A stretch of DNA of 55,238 nucleotides from assembly GCA_945883455.1 (NCBI GenBank), contig CAMCXJ010000001.1:1-55238 (forward strand), in the 5' to 3' direction. This DNA is from Prosthecobacter debontii. Lineage in GTDB: Bacteria > Verrucomicrobiota > Verrucomicrobiia > Verrucomicrobiales > Akkermansiaceae. This document shows positions 1 through 9,248 of this stretch, one piece after another. A program made the position numbers and the translations under genes. Each line of letters begins with the position of its first letter. The stretch's first letter is position 1. The notes beneath the pieces were generated by a model that saw only the letters and a program-made list of their open reading frames with translations, ran no database searches and was not told where the DNA came from.

Positions 1-1018
1 CAACGTCGCCCTCCCTTACCAAGATCTCAATCTCATGGACGCCTGCCTCAAGGCCGGCATTCACTACATGGACACCGCGAACTACGAGCCGCTCGATGTC
101 GCGAAGTTCGAGTATTCTTGGCAGTGGGACTATCAGGAAAAATTCGAAATGGCCGGCCTTTCCGCGCTGCTTGGCTCCGGCTTCGATCCCGGCGTCACCA
201 ACGTTTTCACCGCGTGGGCGCTGAAACACCATTTCGATGAAATCCACACCCTCGACATCATCGAGGTGAACGGCGGCGACCATGGCCGTGCTTTCGCCAC
301 GAATTTCAATCCGGAAATCAACCTCCGCGAGGTCACCGCCGAGTGCCGCCACTGGGAGGATGGGAAATTCGTCGAGACCGCGCCGATGTCCCTCCACCAG
401 CCTTTCACATGCCCGGACGGCGTCGGCACCTACGAGATTTACCGTATGTACCACGAGGAGCTGGAATCGCTGGTGAAACACATCCCCACCATCCGCCGCG
501 CCCAGTTCTGGATGTCGTTTTCACAAAATTACATCAACCACCTCCAGGTGCTCCAGAACGTCGGCATGACCCGCATCGACGAAGTGGATTACCAAGGCGT
601 GAAAATCGTGCCGCTCCAGTTTCTCAAAGCCGTCCTGCCCAACCCCGGCGACCTCGGCGAGACCACCAAAGGCAGGACCTGCATCGGCAACGTAATCACC
701 GGCCTCAAAAACGGATCCCCCAAAGCAATCTACATCTACAACATCTGCGACCACGAGGCCTGCTTCGCGGAGGTCGGCTCCCAAGCCATTTCCTACACCA
801 CCGGCGTCCCCGCCATGATCGGCGCGAAGCAGATGCTCACCGGCGGCTGGGCCAAGCCCGGCGTCTGGAACATCGAGCAGCACGACCCCGACGCCTTCAT
901 GGCAGATCTCAACCAAAACGGCCTGCCTTGGAGGTTTGTCGAGCTTACACAAGAACAGGCTGCCCGTTTCGAAGTTGTTGCAAACCGCTCAATTCAAGCG
1001 CCTGGTGACTTCCCTTGA
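1..1018 (+). CDS. Carboxynorspermidine/carboxyspermidine dehydrogenase (saccharopine dehydrogenase family), 5'-truncated by the window edge
   Basis: The frame is open from base 2 (NVALPYQDLNLMDACL). It carries the family motifs YMDTANYE, GSGFDPGVTN, FATNFNPEINLRE, HEELESL and QAISYTTGVPAMIGA. Confidence 0.9.
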   Translation, partial: NVALPYQDLNLMDACLKAGIHYMDTANYEPLDVAKFEYSWQWDYQEKFEMAGLSALLGSGFDPGVTNVFTAWALKHHFDEIHTLDIIEVNGGDHGRAFATNFNPEINLREVTAECRHWEDGKFVETAPMSLHQPFTCPDGVGTYEIYRMYHEELESLVKHIPTIRRAQFWMSFSQNYINHLQVLQNVGMTRIDEVDYQGVKIVPLQFLKAVLPNPGDLGETTKGRTCIGNVITGLKNGSPKAIYIYNICDHEACFAEVGSQAISYTTGVPAMIGAKQMLTGGWAKPGVWNIEQHDPDAFMADLNQNGLPWRFVELTQEQAARFEVVANRSIQAPGDFP

Positions 1019-1121
1019 AATTCTAAAAAAATCACATCGTAGCGGTTCACAGCATTAAGAAAACTGAGCGAAAATCAGAATTTGCGCTTGTAACATAAAA
1101 TCTATCGGACAAATTCCTCGC

Positions 1122-2642
1122 GTGCACACCACGCAAAAAATCCTCTCTTTGACTGCTCCGCTGGTTCTCTCTGCCGGTATTGCCCTTTCTCAGACTTCCA
1201 GCACGACTTTTGCATTTATAGCCGATTCCACAGGCAATTACCGTCAGGCTCCAACAGGAACGGCGTTTGAGGGAGGCGTCTTCTCTTTCAACGTAAGGGA
1301 TGGGGTCATCATATTCGATGGCTGCGAGGCACCCTTTTTCTATCTACCAAGCCCTATCTGTCCCATCGGGGCCACGGGCTTTGTTTCGCGCGGAATTGAG
1401 GATGATCCCTTGCTTAACGGGCTTGGTCCCTACTTCAGTGTAACGGAGATTTCGCCGGCCATCTTTCTGAGGCCATTCGCCCCGCAAAATGCGCTTCTCG
1501 TCTCAGCCCCTCCTTCTAAATTGCAGCGCCCGCTCCTAGGCTTTGAGAACAGGTCTATCAGTTGCTTCTATAATTTGTTCACGAATTTCATCCGGCAGTA
1601 TGACGTGACCATTTATAACTTCGCCCGCGATTACGCGGCAGGAGAGCGTTCTCGCTTCGACGGCGAAGCGGTTCCCGGCACCTACCGTTTCAACTTTGCC
1701 GCTCTTGCCCATCCCTTCAATCCGGCGGTTCTAAGCGTCAATTTATTTCCCAAGCTGGACGGTTACCGCAAAATCAACAATCAGAACCAAGGCGTGAGAT
1801 TTCTCAATGTCGCCTACGATGACGGTTTTGCTGTGCTGGATCCCTTCGCGTTGAATACGGTCAAATGGGAGGGCAACGGAGTAAATTTCATTTCTCCTGC
1901 AAGTGATGTCGCCTATTTTTCCATCAAGCGGTTAGAAGATCCTTCCGACCCGCTCTCCGATCCTGACCTGGAGTCGGTTCCCCTGTTTCCCAACTTCTCC
2001 GGACCCAATATCAGCCGTGTCATTCTGCAGAGTCCGCTCGACACTTCCTTCATAATCCCTCCGAATTTCATGCAACCCGGAAACACCGGTGTCATTGATT
2101 TGGAGTTCGTCACCACACGGAGAACCACAGGGGTTATATTTGAACAGGCCACCAGGCGTTTCCGTTTACCTGTCAGGGTTACCAACCCATTCGCTAGCAT
2201 GATCGCCGCTACTTTGCCACCCGGCACTACCGCCCAACAACGCTCGGCTGATCATGATTTCGACCGCGATGGTGCCGATAATTTCAACGAGTGGGTATTC
2301 GGTTCCAATCCCGCATTGGCCTCTAGTTTGCCAACGGTATTGGGCATCCAAAAAGTAGCGCCGGCACCTGCCAGTAAATATGCCACCATGGCCGTTACTT
2401 CTGAAAACAGCCCTGCGGCCTTTGAATTTCGTGTCCCAAAACTTACGGAAACCACCCCCAAACTCCGGTATGCCATCGAGTTCAGCAAGGACATGATCAA
2501 TTGGAACGAAATCCAAGTCGGCGACCCTGCATGGACACTTGTAAATGGTTACAGCGAGATCAAAGTCACTAGCACAGGGGTTAATAATACGCCGGGCGGT
2601 TTTTTCCGTGCAAAGGTAGCAGTGGCTGCTGTGGCCAACTAA
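1122..2642 (+). CDS. Secreted hypothetical protein with a Verrucomicrobia-type C-terminal domain
   Basis: 506 aa with a GTG start and a signal-peptide-like N-terminus (LSLTAPLVLSAGIALS). The C-terminus has DFDRDGADNFNEWVFGSNP...SKDMINW...FFRAKV. The DNA is visibly AT-richer than its neighbours. Confidence 0.75.
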   Translation: MHTTQKILSLTAPLVLSAGIALSQTSSTTFAFIADSTGNYRQAPTGTAFEGGVFSFNVRDGVIIFDGCEAPFFYLPSPICPIGATGFVSRGIEDDPLLNGLGPYFSVTEISPAIFLRPFAPQNALLVSAPPSKLQRPLLGFENRSISCFYNLFTNFIRQYDVTIYNFARDYAAGERSRFDGEAVPGTYRFNFAALAHPFNPAVLSVNLFPKLDGYRKINNQNQGVRFLNVAYDDGFAVLDPFALNTVKWEGNGVNFISPASDVAYFSIKRLEDPSDPLSDPDLESVPLFPNFSGPNISRVILQSPLDTSFIIPPNFMQPGNTGVIDLEFVTTRRTTGVIFEQATRRFRLPVRVTNPFASMIAATLPPGTTAQQRSADHDFDRDGADNFNEWVFGSNPALASSLPTVLGIQKVAPAPASKYATMAVTSENSPAAFEFRVPKLTETTPKLRYAIEFSKDMINWNEIQVGDPAWTLVNGYSEIKVTSTGVNNTPGGFFRAKVAVAAVAN

Positions 2643-2728
2643 GCCTAGTGGTAAATCCAATGCCGCGCCTCTCCAACAGGCTGCGCGGCTTGTTCGGAAT
2701 ACAAAGCGTTTCCCTATCTTAGCGCATT

Positions 2729-3439
2729 CTAACCCAGATTGGTGTAAACCACTTGGACATCGTCGTCGTCCTCGATTTTGTCTAGCAAGGTTTCAACCTC
2801 CTCAATCTGCTCTTCGGTGAGTTCGATGGGCTGGGTGGGCAGGCGCTGGAGGCCGGATTTCGTGGGAGTGATTCCCGCGGTCTCGACGGCGGCGCAGAGG
2901 CTGGAGAAGGATGTGTAATCACCGACGACCGCAGCCACTCCTTCGTCAACGGAAAGCTCCTCGAGCCCGGCATCGATGAGTTCGAGCTCCAGTCCTTCGA
3001 GATCCATCCCCGGCGGCACCGGGAACTCGATCACAGTCTTGCGGGTGAACATGAAATTGAGCGCGCCGCTGGGGACGATCTCGCCGCCGTTCTTGCCGAG
3101 GATCACTTTAAGGTTACCGATGGAGCGGTTGGTGTTGTCCGTGGCGCACTCGATATAGAACTGGGAACCGTGCGGCCCCTTGGCCTCATAGACCACCTCG
3201 GTGATTTCAGAGGCATCCTTGCCAGCCGCGCGCTTCACCGCGTTCTCGATGTTTTCCTTGGAAAGATTCGCCGCCTTGGCGTTCTGAATCGCGACGCGGA
3301 GAGGCGCGTTGGACTCCGGATCTGGCCCGCCATTTTTTGCGGCGATGGTAATGGATTTCGCCAGCTTGGGGAAAATCTTGGACATCGTCGCCCAGCGCGA
3401 TTCCTTGGCCCTTCTCCTGCATTCGAAATGCCTGCCCAT
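2729..3439 (-). CDS. yebC: YebC/PmpR family protein
   Basis: GGPDPESNAPLR, YEAKGPHG, TDNTNRS and DDDDVQVVYTN are family motifs; 236 aa. Confidence 0.95.
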   Translation of the reverse strand: MGRHFECRRRAKESRWATMSKIFPKLAKSITIAAKNGGPDPESNAPLRVAIQNAKAANLSKENIENAVKRAAGKDASEITEVVYEAKGPHGSQFYIECATDNTNRSIGNLKVILGKNGGEIVPSGALNFMFTRKTVIEFPVPPGMDLEGLELELIDAGLEELSVDEGVAAVVGDYTSFSSLCAAVETAGITPTKSGLQRLPTQPIELTEEQIEEVETLLDKIEDDDDVQVVYTNLG

Positions 3440-3448
3440 AGCCGCGGA

Positions 3449-4546
3449 TTAGTTAGTCACGCGCATTGGCATGAGCACGTAAAGGAAAGATCCGTCGATG
3501 CGCAGCACCCCGGGGCTCATCTCATCGATGAGGTCGAGGTAGACGTTGTCCGTGTCGAGCGCGCGCAGCGGGGCTTGTAAGAACTCTGGATTGAAGGCGA
3601 TCTGCATATCCGGGCCGGTGTAACCGACCTCAAGAGTTTCCTGCGCCTCACCGACGTCCGGCGAGTTCGCGGTGACCTCGATCTGGTTTTCCGTGAAAAT
3701 GAGTTTCACCGAGTTCGACTTGTCGGAGGAAAGTAGCGAGACGCGGCGGACGGTCTCCAGCAGATGCTCACGGGCAATGACGACACGCTCGTTGCTATCG
3801 CCCGGAATCACTTGGCGATAGTTCGGGTAGTTGCCCTCGATGAGTTTGCTGGCGAGGAAGGTGTCGCCGACGGTAAAGGAAATTTGGCTGTCGCTGAGTT
3901 TCACCTCCACCTCGCCGGAATCCCCGAGCAGGCGCTGGATTTCCTGGATGGCCTTCGAGGGGATAATCACATCCGTCTCGTGGGAGGCGGGGAATTCCAG
4001 ATCCATATCCGCCATCGCTAGGCGGCGGCCGTCGGTGGCGACCAGCGCGAGCTTGCCTTCACGGAACGAGGCGAAGATGCCGTTGAGGACGTAGCGGGTC
4101 TCATCGGTGGAGATCGCGAACGCGGTTTTTTTCAGGCCGTTCTTCAGTTCCACCTGTGGAATCTTGAAGGTTTTGGCACCTTGAAAGTCAGGCAGGGGCG
4201 GGAATTCGGAATCGCTGAGGCCGATGATCTTGAACGTCGACGGGCCGCTTTTGATGGTGGCGTAATTTTTCGCGTCCACGCTGACCTGCACTTCGCTAGA
4301 GGGAAGCTCTTTGACGATGCTGACCAGGCGTTTCGCGGGAAGCGTGGTCGCGCCCTCTTTTTCAACCGATGCCTCCACAGAGCCGGTGATGCCGACATCG
4401 AGGTCAGTGGTCGTAAAAATGAGCCGCCCGCCTTTGGCTACGAGAAGCACGTTTGACAGGATGGGCAGCGTGGAGCGTGAACTCACCACGTGCTGCACTT
4501 TTTGCAAACCTTCCAGGAAAACGTCTTTCGAGATAGTGAACTTCAT
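3449..4546 (-). CDS. dnaN: DNA polymerase III subunit beta (sliding clamp)
   Basis: STLPILSNVL, STDETRYVLNG, ATDGRRLA, LIEGNYPNY and C-terminal YVLMPMR; 365 aa. Confidence 0.98.
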   Translation of the reverse strand: MKFTISKDVFLEGLQKVQHVVSSRSTLPILSNVLLVAKGGRLIFTTTDLDVGITGSVEASVEKEGATTLPAKRLVSIVKELPSSEVQVSVDAKNYATIKSGPSTFKIIGLSDSEFPPLPDFQGAKTFKIPQVELKNGLKKTAFAISTDETRYVLNGIFASFREGKLALVATDGRRLAMADMDLEFPASHETDVIIPSKAIQEIQRLLGDSGEVEVKLSDSQISFTVGDTFLASKLIEGNYPNYRQVIPGDSNERVVIAREHLLETVRRVSLLSSDKSNSVKLIFTENQIEVTANSPDVGEAQETLEVGYTGPDMQIAFNPEFLQAPLRALDTDNVYLDLIDEMSPGVLRIDGSFLYVLMPMRVTN

Positions 4547-4616
4547 AAGATAAGCACGAATGCTGGGGCGTAGTTTCAGCTTTCATCACCTCTTGGCAAG
4601 CACTCAGTCATGTCTG

Positions 4617-4654
4617 AAACAAGATATTTGAGCGGCAACCACAAGATGTGGGGG
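4617..4654. promoter_or_regulatory. Tandem NrdR-box-like sites upstream of dnaN
   Basis: aaaCaAgATaTttgag (4617-4632) and ccaCaAgATgTgGggg (4639-4654) are 22 bp apart and resemble the NrdR consensus acaCwAtATaTwGtgt. Confidence 0.45.
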
Positions 4655-4741
4655 TTGGCGGGAAATAAGGCACAATTTACGGATCATCATCGGAAAATTT
4701 TCGCCTCGCCGCGCGAGCATCGCAGCAGTTAGCTTCTCGCC

Positions 4742-5317
4742 ATGACTCGCCTGTTGCCTCTGGCTCTGATCCTCGTCCTGCTTGCCGTCTTCCGCCTGAT
4801 CGGAAGTATGTTTCCGGGAACCCTGCCGAACTTCCAGCCGCTCGCCGCGCTATTCTTCTGCGGCGCGATCATGGCAAAAGACTGGCGTGGTTGGGCGGTC
4901 CCGCTCGCTGCCTGGCTCGTGACCTATCCGGCTCCCGCCCTCTTTGCAGGGAATGCAGCATACCTTTCCCCCGGGGTCATCGCGGTTACTGCGCTTGCTT
5001 TCACGGCGACGTTTTTCATCGGGAAATTCCTCAGCGGAAAACACGCCGCCGTCCTGCTTGCAGGATCGGTCGCCGCCGCATTGGCTTTCCATGTCATCAC
5101 GAATGGCGCCGCCTGGATCGGCAGCCCGTTGTATCCGAAGTCGCCGCTCGGCCTTTGGCAATCGCTCTGGGCCGGCCCTCTCGGCAGCTCCATCCCGAGC
5201 TGGGTGTTCCTGCGCAACATGACCGCCGCGAACCTGCTTTTCACCGCAATATTCCTTTCCGCGCGATTCGCTCTCCCCCGGCTCTCAATCCAACCTCATC
5301 CCGCCGCCGTGAGATAA
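4742..5317 (+). CDS. Putative membrane transport protein (DUF6580/BtuM-like S-component type)
   Basis: Hydrophobic 191 aa protein with PNFQPLAALFFCG and FHVITN...W...Y motifs typical of this family. Confidence 0.65.
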   Translation: MTRLLPLALILVLLAVFRLIGSMFPGTLPNFQPLAALFFCGAIMAKDWRGWAVPLAAWLVTYPAPALFAGNAAYLSPGVIAVTALAFTATFFIGKFLSGKHAAVLLAGSVAAALAFHVITNGAAWIGSPLYPKSPLGLWQSLWAGPLGSSIPSWVFLRNMTAANLLFTAIFLSARFALPRLSIQPHPAAVR

Positions 5318-5379
5318 ATCTTGCCGTCACCGCCCTCTGCTCCTAACCAAGCCCCGGTTTCACCGCATCCCCGCATACC

Positions 5380-6441
5380 ATGTCCGCCCTCGATTTCACC
5401 TCCTCACCAATCAACCAATCGCTCACCGCCGAGAAAAAGATCGGGCTCTACACGCTGATGGTGCGCATCCGCGATTTCGAGATGGCCGCGCTGAAGAGCT
5501 ATAACGCCGGCAAACTCGGCGGTTTCCTCCACGTGTACATCGGTCAGGAATCGGTCGCTGCAGGAACGCTTTCGCTCTGCGGGGAGAACGACCACAACAT
5601 CACGGCCTACCGCTGCCACGCGCACGCGCTTGCTTCCGGTATGGCCATGGACGAGTGCATGGCCGAGCTTTACGGGAAAAGCACCGGCTGCTCGAAAGGC
5701 AAGGGCGGATCGATGCACTTCTTCGCTCCCGACAAGAATTTCTGGGGCGGCCACGGCATTGTTGCCGGACAAACGCCCCTCGGCCTCGGGCTCGGTTACG
5801 GTTTGAAATACCTCAACAAAGAAGGTTGCTGTCTCTGCTTCCTCGGTGACGGCGCGGTCAACCAAGGCGCGTTCCACGAGTCCCTCAACATCGCATCGCT
5901 CTTCGGCATTCCTGTCGTCTATGTGATCGAAAACAACGGCTACTCGATGGGCACCTCGCAGAAGCGCTCCTCCGCCTACACCGGCTGCCTCGCCCAGCGC
6001 GCGGAGGCTTATGATATCGAGTGGGACGTAATCGACGGCTCTGACATCTATGAGGTGCGCGCGAAAACCCACATCGCGATGGAGCGCGCCCGCAAGGAGC
6101 ACAAGCCCACCGTCCTTGAGATCGACACCTATCGCTACTACGGCCACTCCGTCGCCGACTCCAAGCACAAGGGCGGATACCGCACCCCCGAGGAGATCCA
6201 GGAATACAAGGACAACCACGATCCGATCAGCGTGTATCGCCGCAGGTTGGCAGCGGAGGGTGTGTTGAACGACGAACTCGTCGCAAGCATCTCCCGCGAT
6301 TCCAAGGCAGAGGCCGCCGCCGCCGTGAAATTTGCCGAGGATTCCCCTGCTCCGTCGATCTCAGACATCGCTGCGGACGTTTACTGGGAAACCGACAACA
6401 ACACCGACGCCTCGAAAATCGGCCACCACTTCTTCGCCTGA
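5380..6441 (+). CDS. pdhA: Pyruvate dehydrogenase E1 alpha subunit
   Basis: GGFLHVYIGQE, GKGGSMH, GGHGIV, ThDP motif GDGAVNQGAFHESLN, and TYRYYGHS. Confidence 0.95.
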   Translation: MSALDFTSSPINQSLTAEKKIGLYTLMVRIRDFEMAALKSYNAGKLGGFLHVYIGQESVAAGTLSLCGENDHNITAYRCHAHALASGMAMDECMAELYGKSTGCSKGKGGSMHFFAPDKNFWGGHGIVAGQTPLGLGLGYGLKYLNKEGCCLCFLGDGAVNQGAFHESLNIASLFGIPVVYVIENNGYSMGTSQKRSSAYTGCLAQRAEAYDIEWDVIDGSDIYEVRAKTHIAMERARKEHKPTVLEIDTYRYYGHSVADSKHKGGYRTPEEIQEYKDNHDPISVYRRRLAAEGVLNDELVASISRDSKAEAAAAVKFAEDSPAPSISDIAADVYWETDNNTDASKIGHHFFA

Positions 6442-6474
6442 CAAACGCAGATTTTCCAGCTACATTTTCCCGCC

Positions 6475-6729
6475 ATGGCTACGATCACTCAAGACATCCC
6501 GAACATCGAGGAAATCGAAGCCGCTGCCGCGAAACTCAGTCCCGGCCAGCGGGAAGTCCTCATCGAACGCATCCGTGAAATGAACGGGGAAGTCTCCGAT
6601 CCAGATGTCGAGGCCGCATGGGATACGGAGATCAAGCGGCGGATCGCCGAAATCGACAACGGCGAGGTGGAGTTACTGGACTTCGATGAGGTTATGGATG
6701 AGATACGCGAGAAGTACGGCTTGTCATGA
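6475..6729 (+). CDS. Addiction module antitoxin (TIGR02574-like)
   Basis: Acidic 84 aa protein with LSPGQREVL...VEAAWDTEIKRRIAEIDNGEV. Its stop overlaps the toxin start (ATGA). Confidence 0.85.
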   Translation: MATITQDIPNIEEIEAAAAKLSPGQREVLIERIREMNGEVSDPDVEAAWDTEIKRRIAEIDNGEVELLDFDEVMDEIREKYGLS

Positions 6730-7034
6730 ACCGTCGTCTTCACCATGCAGCTCAAGAAGAGCTCAGTAAGGAATTTGAGTTTTACGCATCCATTGATGCC
6801 GAACTGGGAAAGGACTTCGACCACCGAATTACAGCCGCAGTTCGCGAAATATGCGAATTCCCGCTTAGTTATCGCCTGAGAGACGGTGGATACCGACGGA
6901 TTAATATCACTAGATTTCCCTTCTACCTTCCTTACATCATCCGAAACGAAACCCTCATCATCATCGCCATCGCCCACAACGCCCGCCATCCCGATTACTG
7001 GAAAAAACGGATTTCGCAAAATCCTCCTTCGTAG
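6726..7034 (+). CDS. RelE/ParE family toxin
   Basis: HHAAQEEL...FY...LGKDF...YRR..ITRFPFYLPY...IIAIAHNARHPDYW pattern, coupled to the upstream antitoxin. Confidence 0.85.
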   Translation: MNRRLHHAAQEELSKEFEFYASIDAELGKDFDHRITAAVREICEFPLSYRLRDGGYRRINITRFPFYLPYIIRNETLIIIAIAHNARHPDYWKKRISQNPPS

Positions 7035-7070
7035 CATTGACCTCACCAACCCCGACATTAAAACCAAGAC

Positions 7071-8054
7071 ATGCGCACACTCACCTACCGTGAAGCCCTC
7101 CGCGAAGGCCTCGATGAAGAACTCGCCCGCGACCCCAACGTCGTCATCATGGGCGAGGAAGTGGCGCAGTACAACGGCGCCTATAAGGTGACAGAGGGTC
7201 TTTGGCAGAAATGGGGCGACAAGCGCATCGTCGATACTCCGATCTCCGAGGCCGGCTTCATCGGCATGGGCATCGGTGCCTCCATGCTTGGCGTGCGCCC
7301 GGTGATGGAGCTGATGTTCTGGTCCTTCCACTCCGTCGCCTTCGACCAGCTCGTCAACAACGCCGCTTGTGTCCGCTACATGTCCGGCGGCCTCTGCCAC
7401 TGCCCCATCGTCGTCCGTGGCCCAGCCAACGGCGGCACCAACGTCGGCGCGACCCACTCCCACATCCCTGAAGGCCTCTTCGCCGCCTTCCCCGGCCTCA
7501 AAGTCTGTGCGCCTGCCACTCCCGCCGACGCGAAAGGCCTCATCAAGGCCGCCATCCGCGACAACGACCCGGTCTATTTCATGGAGAACACGCTCCTCTA
7601 CGGTATGACCGGCGAAGTGCCGGATCCGGCGGACGGCGATTACGTCATCCCGCTCGGGAAGGCCGACCTGAAACGCGAGGGCACCGACATCTCCCTCATC
7701 GCCCACGGGCGCTCGGTGATCCATTGCCTCGAAGCCGCCGAAACTCTCAAAAACGAGCATGGCATCAGCGCCGAAGTCCTCGACCTCCGCTCGATCCGTC
7801 CGCTCGATGTGGACGCCATCCTCGCCTCCGTCGCCAAGACCCACCGCGTCGTCCTCGTCGATGAATCGAAACCCTTCGGCGGTGTTTCCGCCATGGTCTC
7901 TCACCTCATCCAGGAGCACGCCTTCGACGAGCTCGACGCCCCGATCAAGCGCGTCTGCACCATCGACGCCCCCGCGATCTATTCCCCCTTCGTCGAGAAC
8001 GACCAACTCCCGAACCCCAAGCGGATCGTGGAGAAGGTGCTTTCGATGAAATGA
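7071..8054 (+). CDS. pdhB: Pyruvate dehydrogenase E1 beta subunit
   Basis: MGEEVAQYNGAYKVT, DTPISEAGF, ATHSH and EVLDLRSIRPLD. Confidence 0.95.
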   Translation: MRTLTYREALREGLDEELARDPNVVIMGEEVAQYNGAYKVTEGLWQKWGDKRIVDTPISEAGFIGMGIGASMLGVRPVMELMFWSFHSVAFDQLVNNAACVRYMSGGLCHCPIVVRGPANGGTNVGATHSHIPEGLFAAFPGLKVCAPATPADAKGLIKAAIRDNDPVYFMENTLLYGMTGEVPDPADGDYVIPLGKADLKREGTDISLIAHGRSVIHCLEAAETLKNEHGISAEVLDLRSIRPLDVDAILASVAKTHRVVLVDESKPFGGVSAMVSHLIQEHAFDELDAPIKRVCTIDAPAIYSPFVENDQLPNPKRIVEKVLSMK

Positions 8055-8089
8055 GGAAAAGCGGTGCGGGAACTCCGCGAATTTCCCCG

Positions 8090-8117
8090 TTGCGCATGTT
8101 CTAACTCAGGTTAGAAT
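8090..8117 (+). promoter_or_regulatory. Sigma70 promoter with overlapping palindromic operator of the AbrB-Doc module
   Basis: TTGCGC (8090)-16 nt-TAGAAT (8112) lies 6 nt before the ATG at 8124. The inverted repeat TTCTAAC-tcag-GTTAGAA (8099-8116) overlaps the -10. Confidence 0.65.
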
Positions 8118-8123
8118 TAAAAC

Positions 8124-8351
8124 ATGACCACGACCGTAAAAATCACTTCCATCGGCAACTCGGCGGGCATCATTTTACCGAAGGAGATATTGGAGAAACT
8201 CCGCGTATCCAAGGGCGACACGCTGACCGTTGTGGAGACCCCGGATGGGATTGGACTGACGCCATTCGATGAAAAAGTCGCTCGCCAGATGGAGGTGGCC
8301 GAGCGGGTTATGCGGGAAAACCGTAACATGCTCCGGAAACTCGCACAGTGA
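8124..8351 (+). CDS. AbrB/MazE/SpoVT family antitoxin
   Basis: KITSIGNSAGIILPKEIL..L....GDTL swapped-hairpin signature; 75 aa. Confidence 0.92.
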   Translation: MTTTVKITSIGNSAGIILPKEILEKLRVSKGDTLTVVETPDGIGLTPFDEKVARQMEVAERVMRENRNMLRKLAQ

Positions 8352-8752
8352 CCCCCATGCCGGAAGAACCCGAGTGGCTGGAAGAGCGCACCGTCCGTTT
8401 GTTTCACCATAGACAGCTTGCGGAGCATGGCGGGATGGCCGGTACCCGCGATGAGAACATGCTGATGTCCGCTTTGGCAAAACCGATGCAGCTTTGGTGC
8501 TACGGCTCCCCGCCGCCGGATCTTTGCGCGCTTGGTGCCGCATACGCATACGGTCTTGCAAAAAATCATCCGTTTCTGGACGGCAACAAGCGCACCGCGG
8601 CTATCGCTTGCGAAACGTTTCTCATTTTGAACGGCCAGCATTTCACCGTAGGTGAGGAGGAGAAATATCCCATGTATCTCGCTCTCGCCGCCGGTGATCT
8701 TTCCGAAGCAGACTTCGCGGCATGGCTTCGCGATAACACCGCACCCGCGTGA
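8348..8752 (+). CDS. doc: Death-on-curing (Doc/Fic) family toxin
   Basis: Doc motif HPFLDGNKRTA; GTGA overlap with the antitoxin. Confidence 0.92.
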   Translation: MTPMPEEPEWLEERTVRLFHHRQLAEHGGMAGTRDENMLMSALAKPMQLWCYGSPPPDLCALGAAYAYGLAKNHPFLDGNKRTAAIACETFLILNGQHFTVGEEEKYPMYLALAAGDLSEADFAAWLRDNTAPA

Positions 8753-8785
8753 CGGTTCTCGCTTCACCATTTTTACATCCCCAAC

Positions 8786-9169
8786 ATGCCCACCCATTCC
8801 AAAACCATCGGCTACCTGCTCTGGATCTTCGGCTTCACCGGCGCGCACCGCTTCTATTTCGGTAAGCCCATCACGGGAGCGATCTGGCTTTTCACTCTCG
8901 GCCTGCTGGGCGTGGGGTGGATCATCGACCTTTTCCTGATCCCCTCCATGTCGCGCCACGCCGCCGCCCGCTACACCACCGGCCCGATCGACTACTCGGT
9001 CGCCTGGATTCTTCTTACCTTCCTCGGGCTCTTAGGAATCCATCGTTTCTACATGGGGAAAATCCTCACCGGCATCTTGTGGCTTGTGAGCGGCGGCCTG
9101 TTCGGCATCGGCTGGCTCTACGATTTCTGCACGCTCAACGGCCAGATCAACGAGCGCAACCGGGCCTGA
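8786..9169 (+). CDS. TM2/NINE domain membrane protein
   Basis: Two TM2 repeats: GFTGAHRFYFGK and GLLGIHRFYMGK. Confidence 0.9.
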   Translation: MPTHSKTIGYLLWIFGFTGAHRFYFGKPITGAIWLFTLGLLGVGWIIDLFLIPSMSRHAAARYTTGPIDYSVAWILLTFLGLLGIHRFYMGKILTGILWLVSGGLFGIGWLYDFCTLNGQINERNRA

Positions 9170-9248
9170 GCGATTTCCACTCATCCCCCTTTGACAATCT
9201 CCGCGCCGCGAACCACGCTCGTCGCGAACCACTTTTCCAAAAAATATC

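Noticed and set aside
2662-2689. GC hairpin GCCGCGC...GCGCGGC between convergent genes
   Set aside because: The loop is large and there is no clear U-tract, so it is too weak to call a terminator.
6489-8006. Long antisense ORFs (505 aa here; also 13730-15154, 21403-22899, 33265-35007, 38689-41037, 41936-43159 and 48640-50202)
   Set aside because: Each mirrors a well-identified gene on the opposite strand and lacks motifs. They are the expected shadow ORFs of high-GC3 coding sequence.
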